The notes: generated by a model not told the origin, from the sequence alone. Shown: positions 9,643 to 19,439, counted from the first letter of the stretch. The stretch: 64,000 bases of DNA from Candidatus Electryonea clarkiae (GCA_030765455.1 JAVCCM010000101.1:28794-92793); one strand, 5' to 3'. Program-made: numbers and translations.

Positions 9643-11718
9643 TTAGCCTAATGAGTTTAATGCCAATGCCAGGGGAAATACTTCTTCACAACCATGCTGT
9701 TTTAATAAAGCGGAAAGTACGGTCATAGTCCACTGCGAATCTACCATATCATCAACCAGGAAAGCCGGAGCCTGCGGGATATTGTCTGCGATTTCGAAGA
9801 CGCCGTCAAGATTTCGAGCTTGCTGGACACTATTCTGCTTTGTTTTCTGTTCGGCATTCTGTTTTACTTTTTTAATACAATCAATAAATGGTATTCCAAG
9901 TCTCTCAGCCAACCGCCGGGCAAAACCGGGGACGAGTTCCGGGTGATTCAATGATGGTACACAAGTCAGCCAGTCAGGGTAAGGTTCCGGGTTCCATGAT
10001 TGAATCATCTCAACACAACCGTCAATCAGTTCATCCCCAAATCTGCGGTCGCGGTATTTACCATGTTGAACCATCTCGCCCCAGCCCGCATCACCCCATA
10101 ATGCCAACGCTCTACCCTCTTCAGCCCTGAGGTCTTCAGAAATGAGTCCCTTCCAACCATATATTTCAAATTGATAACTGGGGGGCCATCGTTTCCTCGG
10201 CTCAATCGCCTGATGACTCCGTCTCAGGAAAATTGCAGCCTTGTTTACCAGTTTCTCCGAGGGATATTCTGAAAGTAACGGTTCTCCACGACAACCTGCA
10301 CATTTTCCACATTCCCGGGCATTCGAATCGTCAAGGGCTTCAGCAAGGTATTTCATCAGGCAAGTGTTGGATTGCATATATTCGAGCATCTCAGCTTGTT
10401 CTTTATGCCTTAATTGACCAAGCTGCCTGATCTGTCCAACATCTAATTGATAATTAATCGGCGTACGAAACCATTTGCTTCCTTCTTTGAGAACGGGTGA
10501 GGGATCTTCAACCGATAACAGTTTCAGTACTTTACTAATATCGCCAAAAGTAAGGTTGATAGATTGCTGCATCATCCAGATTGACAATCCTTCTTCAGCG
10601 CCCTCCAATGCAGTCAGCACTTGTTCCACATGTATTTGAGGAGGGAAAGCAGTGCGGATAAAATAATCGGTTATCTCCTTGTCCTCTTCACCACTTAGCA
10701 AAATGCCATATGCTTCTTCTACAGCTCTTCCGGCACGACCTACCTGCTGATAGTAATGAACTACCGATCCCGGACGTTGGAAATGAATTACAAAACCAAG
10801 GTCGGGTTTGTCGAATCCCATCCCCAGGGCAACGGTGGCAACCAAAGCCTTTACATCATTGTTCAGGAGCATTCCTTCAAGAGCCGGTCGGTCTTCGACA
10901 TCCGAATGGTATGGCAGGACATTAATGCCATTCAACCTAAGCCATTCCGCAAGTCGTTCAGAATCTCTTTTAGTCAGGGTGTAAATAATACCGCTTCCCG
11001 GAATTTCAGGCAGGTTTTCTGTCAGCCATGCCATTCTGGAGGCAGGACTCCGAAGCCAGATATTCTGGAGTTTCAAACTTTCACGGATTAGAGGTCCGCG
11101 TACAATCTCCAGGTCGCCAAGTTGTCTTGCTACATCGTTTACGACACGATTATTTGCAGTTGCTGTAGTTGCAAGTACTGGAATATTAGATGGCAAGGCT
11201 TGGAGGATTCTGACAATCCGTTTGTAGTCCGGGCGGAAATCATGCCCCCAATCACTGATACAATGGGCTTCATCAACCACAAATAACCCGACCCGGTTTG
11301 CTATATGCTGGAGGACATTTTTACGGAATTTTTCATTTGCAAGCCGCTCGGGTGAAATCAGCAGTATATCGATTTCGCCCCTTGTCAGTCTTTGTTCGAT
11401 TTCATTCCATTCTTCGACATTACTGGAATTAATGGATTCAGCTACTATGCCTATTCTATTTGCAGCCTGTATCTGGTTACGCATGAGCGCTAAGAGAGGA
11501 GAAATGAGCAGGGTCAAGCCGTAACCTTGGTTGCGGAGTAATCGCGTCGCCAGAAAATATATCATGCTTTTACCCCAACCGGTACGCTGGACAACCAGCA
11601 TCCTTCTCCTATTCAAAAGAGCGCTAATACAATCCCATTGATTATTTCGAAATTCAGCGGTGGGTTGTCCCAATGCCTGACGTAACAATTGAAGGGCTTC
11701 TTGTCTCATATATAGCAT
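9643..11718 (-). CDS. RecQ-family helicase with C-terminal phosphoribosyltransferase-like domain (RqlH-like)
   Basis: TGWGKS, DEAHCISDWGHDFRP, ATTAT, GMGFDKP, QQVGRAGR, Zn-binding CGKC and the C-terminal PRT motif FLVDDMVDSQWT. Confidence 0.9.
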   Translation of the reverse strand: MLYMRQEALQLLRQALGQPTAEFRNNQWDCISALLNRRRMLVVQRTGWGKSMIYFLATRLLRNQGYGLTLLISPLLALMRNQIQAANRIGIVAESINSSNVEEWNEIEQRLTRGEIDILLISPERLANEKFRKNVLQHIANRVGLFVVDEAHCISDWGHDFRPDYKRIVRILQALPSNIPVLATTATANNRVVNDVARQLGDLEIVRGPLIRESLKLQNIWLRSPASRMAWLTENLPEIPGSGIIYTLTKRDSERLAEWLRLNGINVLPYHSDVEDRPALEGMLLNNDVKALVATVALGMGFDKPDLGFVIHFQRPGSVVHYYQQVGRAGRAVEEAYGILLSGEEDKEITDYFIRTAFPPQIHVEQVLTALEGAEEGLSIWMMQQSINLTFGDISKVLKLLSVEDPSPVLKEGSKWFRTPINYQLDVGQIRQLGQLRHKEQAEMLEYMQSNTCLMKYLAEALDDSNARECGKCAGCRGEPLLSEYPSEKLVNKAAIFLRRSHQAIEPRKRWPPSYQFEIYGWKGLISEDLRAEEGRALALWGDAGWGEMVQHGKYRDRRFGDELIDGCVEMIQSWNPEPYPDWLTCVPSLNHPELVPGFARRLAERLGIPFIDCIKKVKQNAEQKTKQNSVQQARNLDGVFEIADNIPQAPAFLVDDMVDSQWTMTVLSALLKQHGCEEVFPLALALNSLG

Positions 11719-11793
11719 CTCCTATATACTTCGGACATTGAATTTTGTTTTGTCTAAGGAAATCAGGTCTGAACATTTTGTGCAGAAATATAT

Positions 11794-12396
11794 TCAACTA
11801 TTTTGTTTATATTTTTCAGGTATAACATCGACAATTTTCAGGCGAGTTAATATTGCCGGTAGAAGCAGAGCGAAAATAAAACCATTTGAAATTAAATGAA
11901 TAGCGGCAAATGGCAGCCCTGCAATGATAAAAGGAACCCAACCTTTTCCCGGACCAATTCCAGTTGATATGGGGAAGGCAATAGTCGTAATTATATCAAA
12001 TAAGGCTGTGACAAAAATCCCGGCAACGAGACAAATTATAACTCTTTGGAGTATGTTGCCGCTTCCAATGGGTCGTCTCAAAAGCCCGAACAAAAACCCG
12101 TTTAAACCCTGACCGACCATTTGTGCGATCCAGACGGGTGGGAAAGGGATGCCCCATGCATTCAAACCGTTATAAATTATGACGGATAATATTCCGACCG
12201 TCAAACCGCCAATCGATCCAAGATATAATCCGGCAAGAGATATGACTACAGTGATCAACTCGACATTAGGTACAGCTATCAGTATGTATCCGCATACAAC
12301 AGCCATCGCGGTAAACAGGCTGATCTGTGCCAGTCTTTTGGATTTCAGCACATTTTCTAATGATGAATGTTTCGAGTTTATTGATCCTGGAGTCAT
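11794..12396 (-). CDS. ECF transporter S component (CbrT-like, possibly cobalamin)
   Basis: About 6 [12 protein letters not shown] and LPF..IH..SN patterns as in CbrT-type S components; ATGA overlap with the rplS stop. Confidence 0.7.
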   Translation of the reverse strand: MTPGSINSKHSSLENVLKSKRLAQISLFTAMAVVCGYILIAVPNVELITVVISLAGLYLGSIGGLTVGILSVIIYNGLNAWGIPFPPVWIAQMVGQGLNGFLFGLLRRPIGSGNILQRVIICLVAGIFVTALFDIITTIAFPISTGIGPGKGWVPFIIAGLPFAAIHLISNGFIFALLLPAILTRLKIVDVIPEKYKQNS

Positions 12397-12767
12397 GCCT
12401 TCGCTGAACGGCGCGGCGCGGTCTTTCGCTCTTTAATGCGCGCGGCTTTTCCGATGCGGTCTCTAAGATAATAAATCTTTGCACGGCGTACGGCGCCCAG
12501 GCGATCCACCTCGATTTTTGCAATGTTTGGAGAGTGAAGCGGAAAAACACGCTCTACGCCAATACCGCCTGAGATCTTGCGGACAGTAAAAGTTGCTTTA
12601 GCAGCTTTCCCTTTTCTCCCGATAACAACACCTTTAAAAAGCTGAATACGCTCTTTGCCCGCTTCTACAATGCGTACATGCACTTTGATTGTATCACCAG
12701 GACCAAAGTCAGGAATATCTTCACGTAAATCACGACGTTCCAATTCTTGAATAATTAAATCCGACAT
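12393..12767 (-). CDS. rplS: 50S ribosomal protein L19
   Basis: [26 protein letters not shown] and [10 protein letters not shown]. Confidence 0.98.
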   Translation of the reverse strand: MSDLIIQELERRDLREDIPDFGPGDTIKVHVRIVEAGKERIQLFKGVVIGRKGKAAKATFTVRKISGGIGVERVFPLHSPNIAKIEVDRLGAVRRAKIYYLRDRIGKAARIKERKTAPRRSAKA

Positions 12768-12853
12768 CTTATCACCAAAATTAAGTTTGAAGTACGAAAA
12801 TGAAAGTAATGAATATAAATATTTCAGAGTTAAAATTTCTTGTTTTTAAATTA

Positions 12854-13555
12854 CTAATTTCTAATTCCTAATTGCTTTTCATATATGTCCGGTCTCAATT
12901 TTTTTGTTCTGTCAACAGCCTGTTTTTCTCGCCACTCATCAATTTTGGCATGATGTCCACTAAGCAGAACATCAGGCGCTTTGATTCCTTCCCATTCCGC
13001 AGGCTGGGTATAGTGAGGATGATCAAGCAATCCTCGAGTAAAACTGTCACCCATTGCAGAAGCCGCATCTCCCAACACTCCCGGCTGGAGGCGGATGATT
13101 GAGTCGGCTATGGCAACAGCGGGGATTTCGCCGCCGCTAAGGATATAGTCCCCAATGCTTATTTCAGTATCAATAAATTCGTCTATTGCTCTCTGATCAA
13201 GACCTTTATAATGACCACAAATTATTGTCAATCTTTGTTTTTTTGCTAATTCTTCTACCAAGTCCTGGTCAAGTTGTCTCCCCTGGGGACTGGTATAAAT
13301 AATATACGGCTCCGGCTCTGGACGTGTTTTTCTTAAATGACGAATGCAATTTGCAATGGGCTCTACTTTTAGAACCATTCCCGGTCCGCCACCCAATGGT
13401 TTGTCATCGACCGTATGATGTTTATCTGTCGCGAAATCCCTTAATTGAATCAATTCAATCTCAACTGCTTCAAATCGTTGAGCACGCGCCGGAATTGACT
13501 CGTTTAACATCGCCCTGATTCCATCAGGGAATAGTGTGATAATTTCAATCAGCAT
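12854..13555 (-). CDS. trmD: tRNA (guanine-N1)-methyltransferase
   Basis: VDDKPLGGGPGM, CGHYKG, SIGDYILSGGE and LLSGHH; operon context. Confidence 0.97.
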   Translation of the reverse strand: MLIEIITLFPDGIRAMLNESIPARAQRFEAVEIELIQLRDFATDKHHTVDDKPLGGGPGMVLKVEPIANCIRHLRKTRPEPEPYIIYTSPQGRQLDQDLVEELAKKQRLTIICGHYKGLDQRAIDEFIDTEISIGDYILSGGEIPAVAIADSIIRLQPGVLGDAASAMGDSFTRGLLDHPHYTQPAEWEGIKAPDVLLSGHHAKIDEWREKQAVDRTKKLRPDIYEKQLGIRN

Positions 13556-13561
13556 TTCTTT

Positions 13562-14116
13562 TCAATCAGGAACTTTATTCATATCAACAAGACCGTCAGG
13601 CAATATTACCTTAATCAATTTTGTTTTAATATCAACAGATTTTACAAATTCTTTGACAGCCGGTATCATCACTACGCCATGTTTTCCTTTGACAAGCCAG
13701 ATATCCTGGGCTGACTGGTCTAAGATTTCCTCGATTATTCCTATATTGCCATGAATTTCGCATTCTACCTTACACCCGACAAGATCATCTATGAAATACA
13801 TAGATTCAGGCAATTCATCCCGCTCAGTTACATCGACGAAAAGTTCGCCACCGATCAGGGGTTCAGCAAGCTCGCGTGTCGGACATTCATGCAACCGGAG
13901 ATAAGCCATGCCCCCTTCTGTCCGGCTTCTTTTGATTGCAAAGTATTTTAAATCTCCGCCTTCAAGCTGAATCCAAATTCCCTCCAGGAATTGAAATCTA
14001 TCCAGACTCCATGTCCAGGGAAGAATCTTCAGATCACCTCTTAATCCTCTGGTCTTGACAATCTTGCCCAGATATACCCGCCGGTCTGACGGGGGGGGTG
14101 TTCTATCAGCGTTCAA
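13562..14116 (-). CDS. rimM: 16S rRNA processing protein RimM
   Basis: GKIVKTRGLRG, PRC-barrel C-terminus MIPAVKEFVKSVD; lies between rpsP and trmD. Confidence 0.92.
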   Translation of the reverse strand: MNADRTPPPSDRRVYLGKIVKTRGLRGDLKILPWTWSLDRFQFLEGIWIQLEGGDLKYFAIKRSRTEGGMAYLRLHECPTRELAEPLIGGELFVDVTERDELPESMYFIDDLVGCKVECEIHGNIGIIEEILDQSAQDIWLVKGKHGVVMIPAVKEFVKSVDIKTKLIKVILPDGLVDMNKVPD

Positions 14117-14967
14117 GCCTTATCCGTTGAAGCGTCCTTCTTCTCCTTGTCTTCGGTCTTTTTCTTCTCTGCCGGTTTAGCAGTATCAGATTTTTCAGCT
14201 TTTTTCTTTGGAGAAGCTTTCTTTTCTGTTTTTTCCTTTGGCTTTTCCTCTGGTTCCGGAGCGGCTTCTTTTTTCTCGTCAACCTTTTTTGCGCTTTTCG
14301 CCTTTGGTTCAGCTTTTGGCTTTTCTTCAGTTTTTTTGGCTTCCGGTTCTTTTTCGACTGTCTTTTCAGCTTTTACTTCAGGCTTGTCCTTGTCGCTGGT
14401 TTCCTGCTTCTTCGCGGCTTTTTTCTTTTCCTTCTCAACCGGTACCTCTGCGACTTTTTCTTCTACCTTTGCTTCGACAGCTTTTTCCGCTTTTTTATCT
14501 TCTTTCTTTTCTATTTTTTCAGCGGGTTTTTCAGCCTTGGCGGGTTTCGCTTTTGCCTTTGGTTTCTTTTCTTTTTCCGGCTCCTCTTCAGGTGCTTTGA
14601 ATTCCGGAACCTCAGGTTTAGCCGGTTTTTCTTTGTTCAGAACGCCATAATGTTTCTCCTGGAGTTCCTTTACCGCTGCTTCGATTTTTTCAGCGTCATA
14701 TCCGCGTTTTGTCATATCCCAGCGAAGCATAACGCCTTCCCGCCTGAACAAACTTTTGACTGAATCAGAAGGCAAAGCGCCTCGATTGAGCCATTTCAAG
14801 GCGATTTCATGATCGACACTTACTTCACTCGGACGTGGTATCGGATCATAAAGACCAATTTTCTCTATATATGCTCCATCTCTTTTCTTGCGGCTGTCAA
14901 CCGCTACGATGCGATAATACGGACGTTTTTTCCGTCCCATACGTGAAAGCCTGATTTTTACTGCCAC
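14113..14967 (-). CDS. rpsP: 30S ribosomal protein S16 with very long K/E/A/P-rich C-terminal extension
   Basis: GTG start at 14967 after AAAGGAGA; AVKIRLSRMGRKKRPYYRIVAVDSR core; 284 aa in total. Confidence 0.95.
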   Translation of the reverse strand: MAVKIRLSRMGRKKRPYYRIVAVDSRKKRDGAYIEKIGLYDPIPRPSEVSVDHEIALKWLNRGALPSDSVKSLFRREGVMLRWDMTKRGYDAEKIEAAVKELQEKHYGVLNKEKPAKPEVPEFKAPEEEPEKEKKPKAKAKPAKAEKPAEKIEKKEDKKAEKAVEAKVEEKVAEVPVEKEKKKAAKKQETSDKDKPEVKAEKTVEKEPEAKKTEEKPKAEPKAKSAKKVDEKKEAAPEPEEKPKEKTEKKASPKKKAEKSDTAKPAEKKKTEDKEKKDASTDKA

Positions 14968-14986
14968 TTGGTTTTTCTCCTTTAAT

Positions 14987-16312
14987 CTATCCGGGCATAG
15001 GACCAAAGCCAAAGGGTAAGCCTTTGCCTCCTTTGCCCATCCTTTTCATCATTTTTTTCATCTGTAAAAACTGGTTGAGCAGGCGGTTTACGTCCTGAAC
15101 TGATAATCCGCATCCTCTCGCAATACGTTTGCGCCTGCTGCCGTTAATAATTTGTGGTCGCCGGCGTTCATCGGGAGTCATTGAGAGAATAATCGCTTCA
15201 ACGTGTTTCATTTCGCTGGGATCTACCTCAACGCCCTTAAGTGCTTTGCTTGCTCCCGGTATCATTTGTAAGAGACCTTCCAAAGGTCCCATCTTATTGA
15301 TCTGGCGAAGTTGATCCAGAAAATCCTCAAGGTCGAACTGCGCCTTTTTGAATTTTATGGCGAGTTTTTCCGCCTCTTCAATATCTATTACTTCCTGAGC
15401 CTTCTCAACTAAAGATACTACATCACCCAGACCAAGGATACGGTTAGCCTGTCGGGCGGGATGAAATTCATCCAGATCTTCAAGTTTTTCACCGACTCCG
15501 ATAAAACGTATCGGTTGACCGGTAACCTCACGGATGCTAAGTGCTGCGCCTCCACGCGCGTCACCGTCCATTTTGGTCAGAATTATACCCGAAATGCCAA
15601 GTTGTTCGTTAAATGCTCTGGCTGAATTGACAGCATCCTGTCCGGTCATTCCGTCAGCAACGAATATAGTCTCAGCGGGTCGTAATTCCTCCTTTAGTTC
15701 AATTAACTCTGCCATCAGGGCATCGTCAACATGTAAACGCCCTGCAGTATCAACAATCAGGGTGTCAAGCCCGGTTAACTTTGCTTCCAGTTTTGCTTCC
15801 CTTGCAACAGTTAGCGGGGTTGAGCCCTGTTTTGCAATTACTTTAATTCCAGCTTGCTGGCCTAAAATTTCCAGTTGATCAACGGCAGCAGGACGTTGCA
15901 AGTCACACGCTGCCAACAAAGGTCGCATTCCATGTTTCTTCAGATAAACGCCGAGCTTGCCAACCGAAGTTGTCTTTCCGGCTCCTTGAAGACCTACCAT
16001 CAAATATACTGAAGGCGCCTCCTTGCTGCGCCGTAATTGAGACCAATTCCCACCGAGCAGCTCTACGAGTTCATCATGAATTATTTTTATCACCTGCTGC
16101 GACGGAGTGATGGATTTTAATACCTCTTCTCCGATGGCGCGAGTTTCAACTCTTTTGAGAAAGTCGCGGGCAACTTTAAAGTTAACGTCTGCTTCAAGCA
16201 AAATGCGACGTACTTCACGAAGCGCTGCCTTTACATCACTTTCTGTAAGCTTGCCTCGTCCGCGAAGTTTCTTAAAAAAGCCGTCGAGCTTATCTGTCAG
16301 TTCATTAAACAT
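14987..16312 (-). CDS. ffh: Signal recognition particle protein
   Basis: GLQGAGKTT, DTAGR, TKMDGDARGG and Met-rich M domain. Confidence 0.98.
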   Translation of the reverse strand: MFNELTDKLDGFFKKLRGRGKLTESDVKAALREVRRILLEADVNFKVARDFLKRVETRAIGEEVLKSITPSQQVIKIIHDELVELLGGNWSQLRRSKEAPSVYLMVGLQGAGKTTSVGKLGVYLKKHGMRPLLAACDLQRPAAVDQLEILGQQAGIKVIAKQGSTPLTVAREAKLEAKLTGLDTLIVDTAGRLHVDDALMAELIELKEELRPAETIFVADGMTGQDAVNSARAFNEQLGISGIILTKMDGDARGGAALSIREVTGQPIRFIGVGEKLEDLDEFHPARQANRILGLGDVVSLVEKAQEVIDIEEAEKLAIKFKKAQFDLEDFLDQLRQINKMGPLEGLLQMIPGASKALKGVEVDPSEMKHVEAIILSMTPDERRRPQIINGSRRKRIARGCGLSVQDVNRLLNQFLQMKKMMKRMGKGGKGLPFGFGPMPG

Positions 16313-16413
16313 TTTGATTTATGTCAAGATAATACAGATATTAATATAAAATACTCTTAAAATTTACTATTGAAAACAATTTTCCCTTAGGGGGATCACT
16401 CGTATCAATTTTG

Positions 16414-16914
16414 TTAAAAACTCTTTCTTTTTTCGCAATAACGTTCCAGAACTGTCTCGACTACGTTTGTGGTAGATAAGCCTTCAACAAGAGGAATAAT
16501 CTCAACTCGACCACCACCGGCCTCTACAATTTCCTTACCGACAACCGAATCAGGTGTATAATCACCACCTTTTACCAGTATATCCGGCTTAAGGTTCTCT
16601 AACAATCGGAGAGGAGTATCCTCATCAAACAAAACCACCAAGTCAACAGCATCGAGCCCACATAAGAGAGCAGCTCGATTTTGTTCATCCACAATTGGTC
16701 TAAGAGGTCCCTTTATATTTTGAACACTTTTATCTGAATTCAAACCGAGAATCAACGCATCTCCAAGCGCCCTGGCTTTTTCAAGTGTATCCAAATGTCC
16801 AGCATGAAGAATATCAAATACTCCATTGGTAAAAACTATTCTTTTACCATGCTGACCGGCATCTTCACGCCATTTTTTTGCAGCTTCCCAGTCTAATATG
16901 CATGACTTATTCAT
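16414..16914 (-). CDS. rfaE2: D-glycero-beta-D-manno-heptose 1-phosphate adenylyltransferase
   Basis: FTNGVFDILHAGH, GLNSDKSV, PDILVKGGDY and STT. Confidence 0.92.
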   Translation of the reverse strand: MNKSCILDWEAAKKWREDAGQHGKRIVFTNGVFDILHAGHLDTLEKARALGDALILGLNSDKSVQNIKGPLRPIVDEQNRAALLCGLDAVDLVVLFDEDTPLRLLENLKPDILVKGGDYTPDSVVGKEIVEAGGGRVEIIPLVEGLSTTNVVETVLERYCEKRKSF

Positions 16915-16949
16915 TTTTCTTGTCCGGAATCATCAATGAGGAGATACAA

Positions 16950-17209
16950 ATGTCAAAGAGAACTAAAATAAAATACCCCGGTGTCTATTACCGGGATGTA
17001 ACAAGAATCGGAAGTTCAGGAATTGAGCGTGTATATTTCATCCGATTCAAGCGTGAAGGGAAAGTAATCGAAGAGAAAGTAGAAGGCAATACGTTGACAA
17101 TATGACTCCTGCGAGAGCCTCGCAATTCCAGGCGTACCAAATATATGGTAAAAATGAATATAGGAGAGGAAAGAGAGTGGGTGTAGATAGCAAATATGTT
17201 CTCAATTAA
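16950..17209 (+). pseudogene. Frameshifted N-terminal relic of a phage-type tyrosine integrase
   Basis: GAGGAG RBS; MSKRTKIKYPGVYYRDVTRIGSSGIERVYFIRFKREGKVIEEKV, then in a shifted frame RQYVDNMTPARASQ. No catalytic domain follows. Confidence 0.65.
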
Positions 17210-17440
17210 TTGCTTTTTTTTGGTAGAAAATATTAATATTCTTTGTAAATTCAAATATATACATCTATATTCTTTTACTGTTTTATTTAGCTAAGGTGCA
17301 AACAATAAATTCTGTGTAACCAGTAATTTAATTGGTTCGGATTGTAAAAATTTCTTATGTTCAAGTCTAAATCGCAAATTTCATTAAGATCTGAGATAGA
17401 AATCAAAATCATTTTAAAATTAAACAGTTATAATTAATTT

Positions 17441-18664
17441 ATGAATTTTGATATAATTATTATCCTCCTATCGCTTGTATTAAGTGGTTTCTTTTCAGGT
17501 ACTGAAACAGCATATACTGTCGCGGGACGTCTGGCAATGGAGGTTTTTCATCGCCACAAACGCCGCGGCGCCGCTGCCGCAGAGAAATTCTACTCAAATC
17601 CGAATCTATTTTTTACCATTACCCTTGTCGGGACTAACCTTGTTGGCGTTATCTACAGCTCTGTAGCAGCGCTTTTCCTTCATCGTCTCGGTATGCCTAT
17701 TGAGGGAATCCTGATAATCAGTCCGTTAATTCTGCTTGTATTCGGTGAAATCTTACCCAAATCGCTTGCGCGTGAAAATCCTGAAAGATTTGCATTACTG
17801 GCTTCCGCTCCTCTATGGGTTTCTTACTATTTAATGATTCCAATTATTTTTGTTGCGATGGGTGCAAGCAGATTGATACTGAAGCTTTTCAAGCAGGAAG
17901 CAGGCAATGAAGCTGCTTCTATTACTCTTTCCGAATTACGGCAAACCTGGCAGGAGCTGGAAAAATCAGGGATTGTCAACGGCGAGGAAGCGGATATGCT
18001 CGAAAGGATGATTGCCCTTAGAGATATTAAATTAAATGAAGTGATGACGCCTCGCACTCATGCGGAAGCATTGCCGATTTCTGCAAAAGTAGAAGAAGCC
18101 GAGGAAATTGTCCGCTCAAGTGGATTTTCGAAAATTCCTGTATATGAGGACGACCTTGATCATATTGTCGGTATAATATTCGCCAAAGATCTACTTAAAA
18201 ACCCTGGCAATTTGTATGAAATAAAAAGACCAATAATATTTATCCCTGAATTAGTCGGTGTCCGCCAGTTATTTGAGATGCTTCGCCAGCAGAGAGTGTC
18301 ACTCGCTGTCGTGGTAGATGAACATGGCGGTACTGCCGGGATAATTACTCTTGAAGATCTTATCGAATTGCTTGTGGGTGAGATCGAGGATGAACATGAT
18401 AAAAAGTCAGAAACAATCAAAAAAGTAGCTCATCGAGCCTGGCTCGTAACCGGTGACACAAAACTTCAACGTATTACCTCCCTACTTGGAGCTGGTATTC
18501 CTGATGGAGATTTTGAGACTGTAAGCGGCCTGATCCTGGATAAGCTTGGAAATATTCCTAAACCGGGAGAGCTGGTAGAAATCAATAGTATAATTTTCCG
18601 CATAATATCCGCAAGCAGCAACCGTATAAACAAGGTGTTGATCCGATTACCTTCGTCTGATTAA
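17441..18664 (+). CDS. Hemolysin-family/CNNM protein (DUF21 + CBS pair + CorC_HlyC)
   Basis: FFSGTETA, FGEILPK, VMTPR, VVDEHGGTAGIITLEDLIE and ETVSG. Confidence 0.93.
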   Translation: MNFDIIIILLSLVLSGFFSGTETAYTVAGRLAMEVFHRHKRRGAAAAEKFYSNPNLFFTITLVGTNLVGVIYSSVAALFLHRLGMPIEGILIISPLILLVFGEILPKSLARENPERFALLASAPLWVSYYLMIPIIFVAMGASRLILKLFKQEAGNEAASITLSELRQTWQELEKSGIVNGEEADMLERMIALRDIKLNEVMTPRTHAEALPISAKVEEAEEIVRSSGFSKIPVYEDDLDHIVGIIFAKDLLKNPGNLYEIKRPIIFIPELVGVRQLFEMLRQQRVSLAVVVDEHGGTAGIITLEDLIELLVGEIEDEHDKKSETIKKVAHRAWLVTGDTKLQRITSLLGAGIPDGDFETVSGLILDKLGNIPKPGELVEINSIIFRIISASSNRINKVLIRLPSSD

Positions 18665-18908
18665 ATAGAAATCACAATTTTAGTACATTGAAATGTACCT
18701 CGTAGTAGATCCATTTTGGCGAAAGACACCTACAACTCGATACAAGAGCCGTTCTCCTGGAGACAAATTCTGATTTGAGGTGATTTTTCCCGCTCCAAGA
18801 CTTGCTTAATGGATATTATATATTTATCCTCTTTGTTAGACAATGCCTGTTTTTGATAAAATATTTTACTTATTCAGGTGGTAACAATTTATTTTAAGGG
18901 AGGATATT

Positions 18909-19346
18909 ATGAGTACAACGAAGTATTATTATATTGCAGTTAATCCTGATGGACGATCTGCAGCTGGCGGCGAAACCCACACCAAGGAATGGTTATCCTT
19001 TGAAGATAACGGCAAGATCGAAGGCAAGGGAGATGGGAATAGTATTGATATTCAATTCGGTCATGGACTTGAGGCAGACCAGACAATAGAATGGAGCGCT
19101 GCACAAGCTTTAGCCTCCGGTGGAACAGAATTTCTAAAGGATGATTTAGAAACCTCACAAGACGATGGTAAATTTGAATTTGAAAAGAACGGTGCAAAAT
19201 CCGCAGTCGTACCGGTTAAATGCACCTGCGCAGCAGGTAAGGCGAATTTTTTATCAATACAGAGCGACGACGACTGGAACACTTGGTGGGAACGAGGGGA
19301 CACATCCAACCTGACATGCGACAATGCTCCAGTAGCAGACTGGTAA
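18909..19346 (+). CDS. Hypothetical acidic protein (145 aa), no recognised family
   Basis: Strong AAGGGAGG RBS, coding-like composition, followed by an inverted repeat. Confidence 0.75.
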   Translation: MSTTKYYYIAVNPDGRSAAGGETHTKEWLSFEDNGKIEGKGDGNSIDIQFGHGLEADQTIEWSAAQALASGGTEFLKDDLETSQDDGKFEFEKNGAKSAVVPVKCTCAAGKANFLSIQSDDDWNTWWERGDTSNLTCDNAPVADW

Positions 19347-19373
19347 ACAGCGTTCGGTGGTAAATTACAATGT

Positions 19374-19439
19374 TGTAGGGACAGGATTTATCCGCCGGTT
19401 TTTGAGTCAATGGAATGGGGCGGATAAATCCTGCCTCTA
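19374..19439. repeat. GTAG-type REP-like inverted repeat
   Basis: TGTAGGGACAGGATTTATCCGCC...GGCGGATAAATCCTGCCTCTA; left arm resembles 4491-4515. Confidence 0.7.

Noticed and set aside
14147..14650. Phe/Ser/Ala-rich hydrophobic + strand ORFs that look like membrane proteins
   Set aside because: Antisense of the K/E/A-rich S16 tail.
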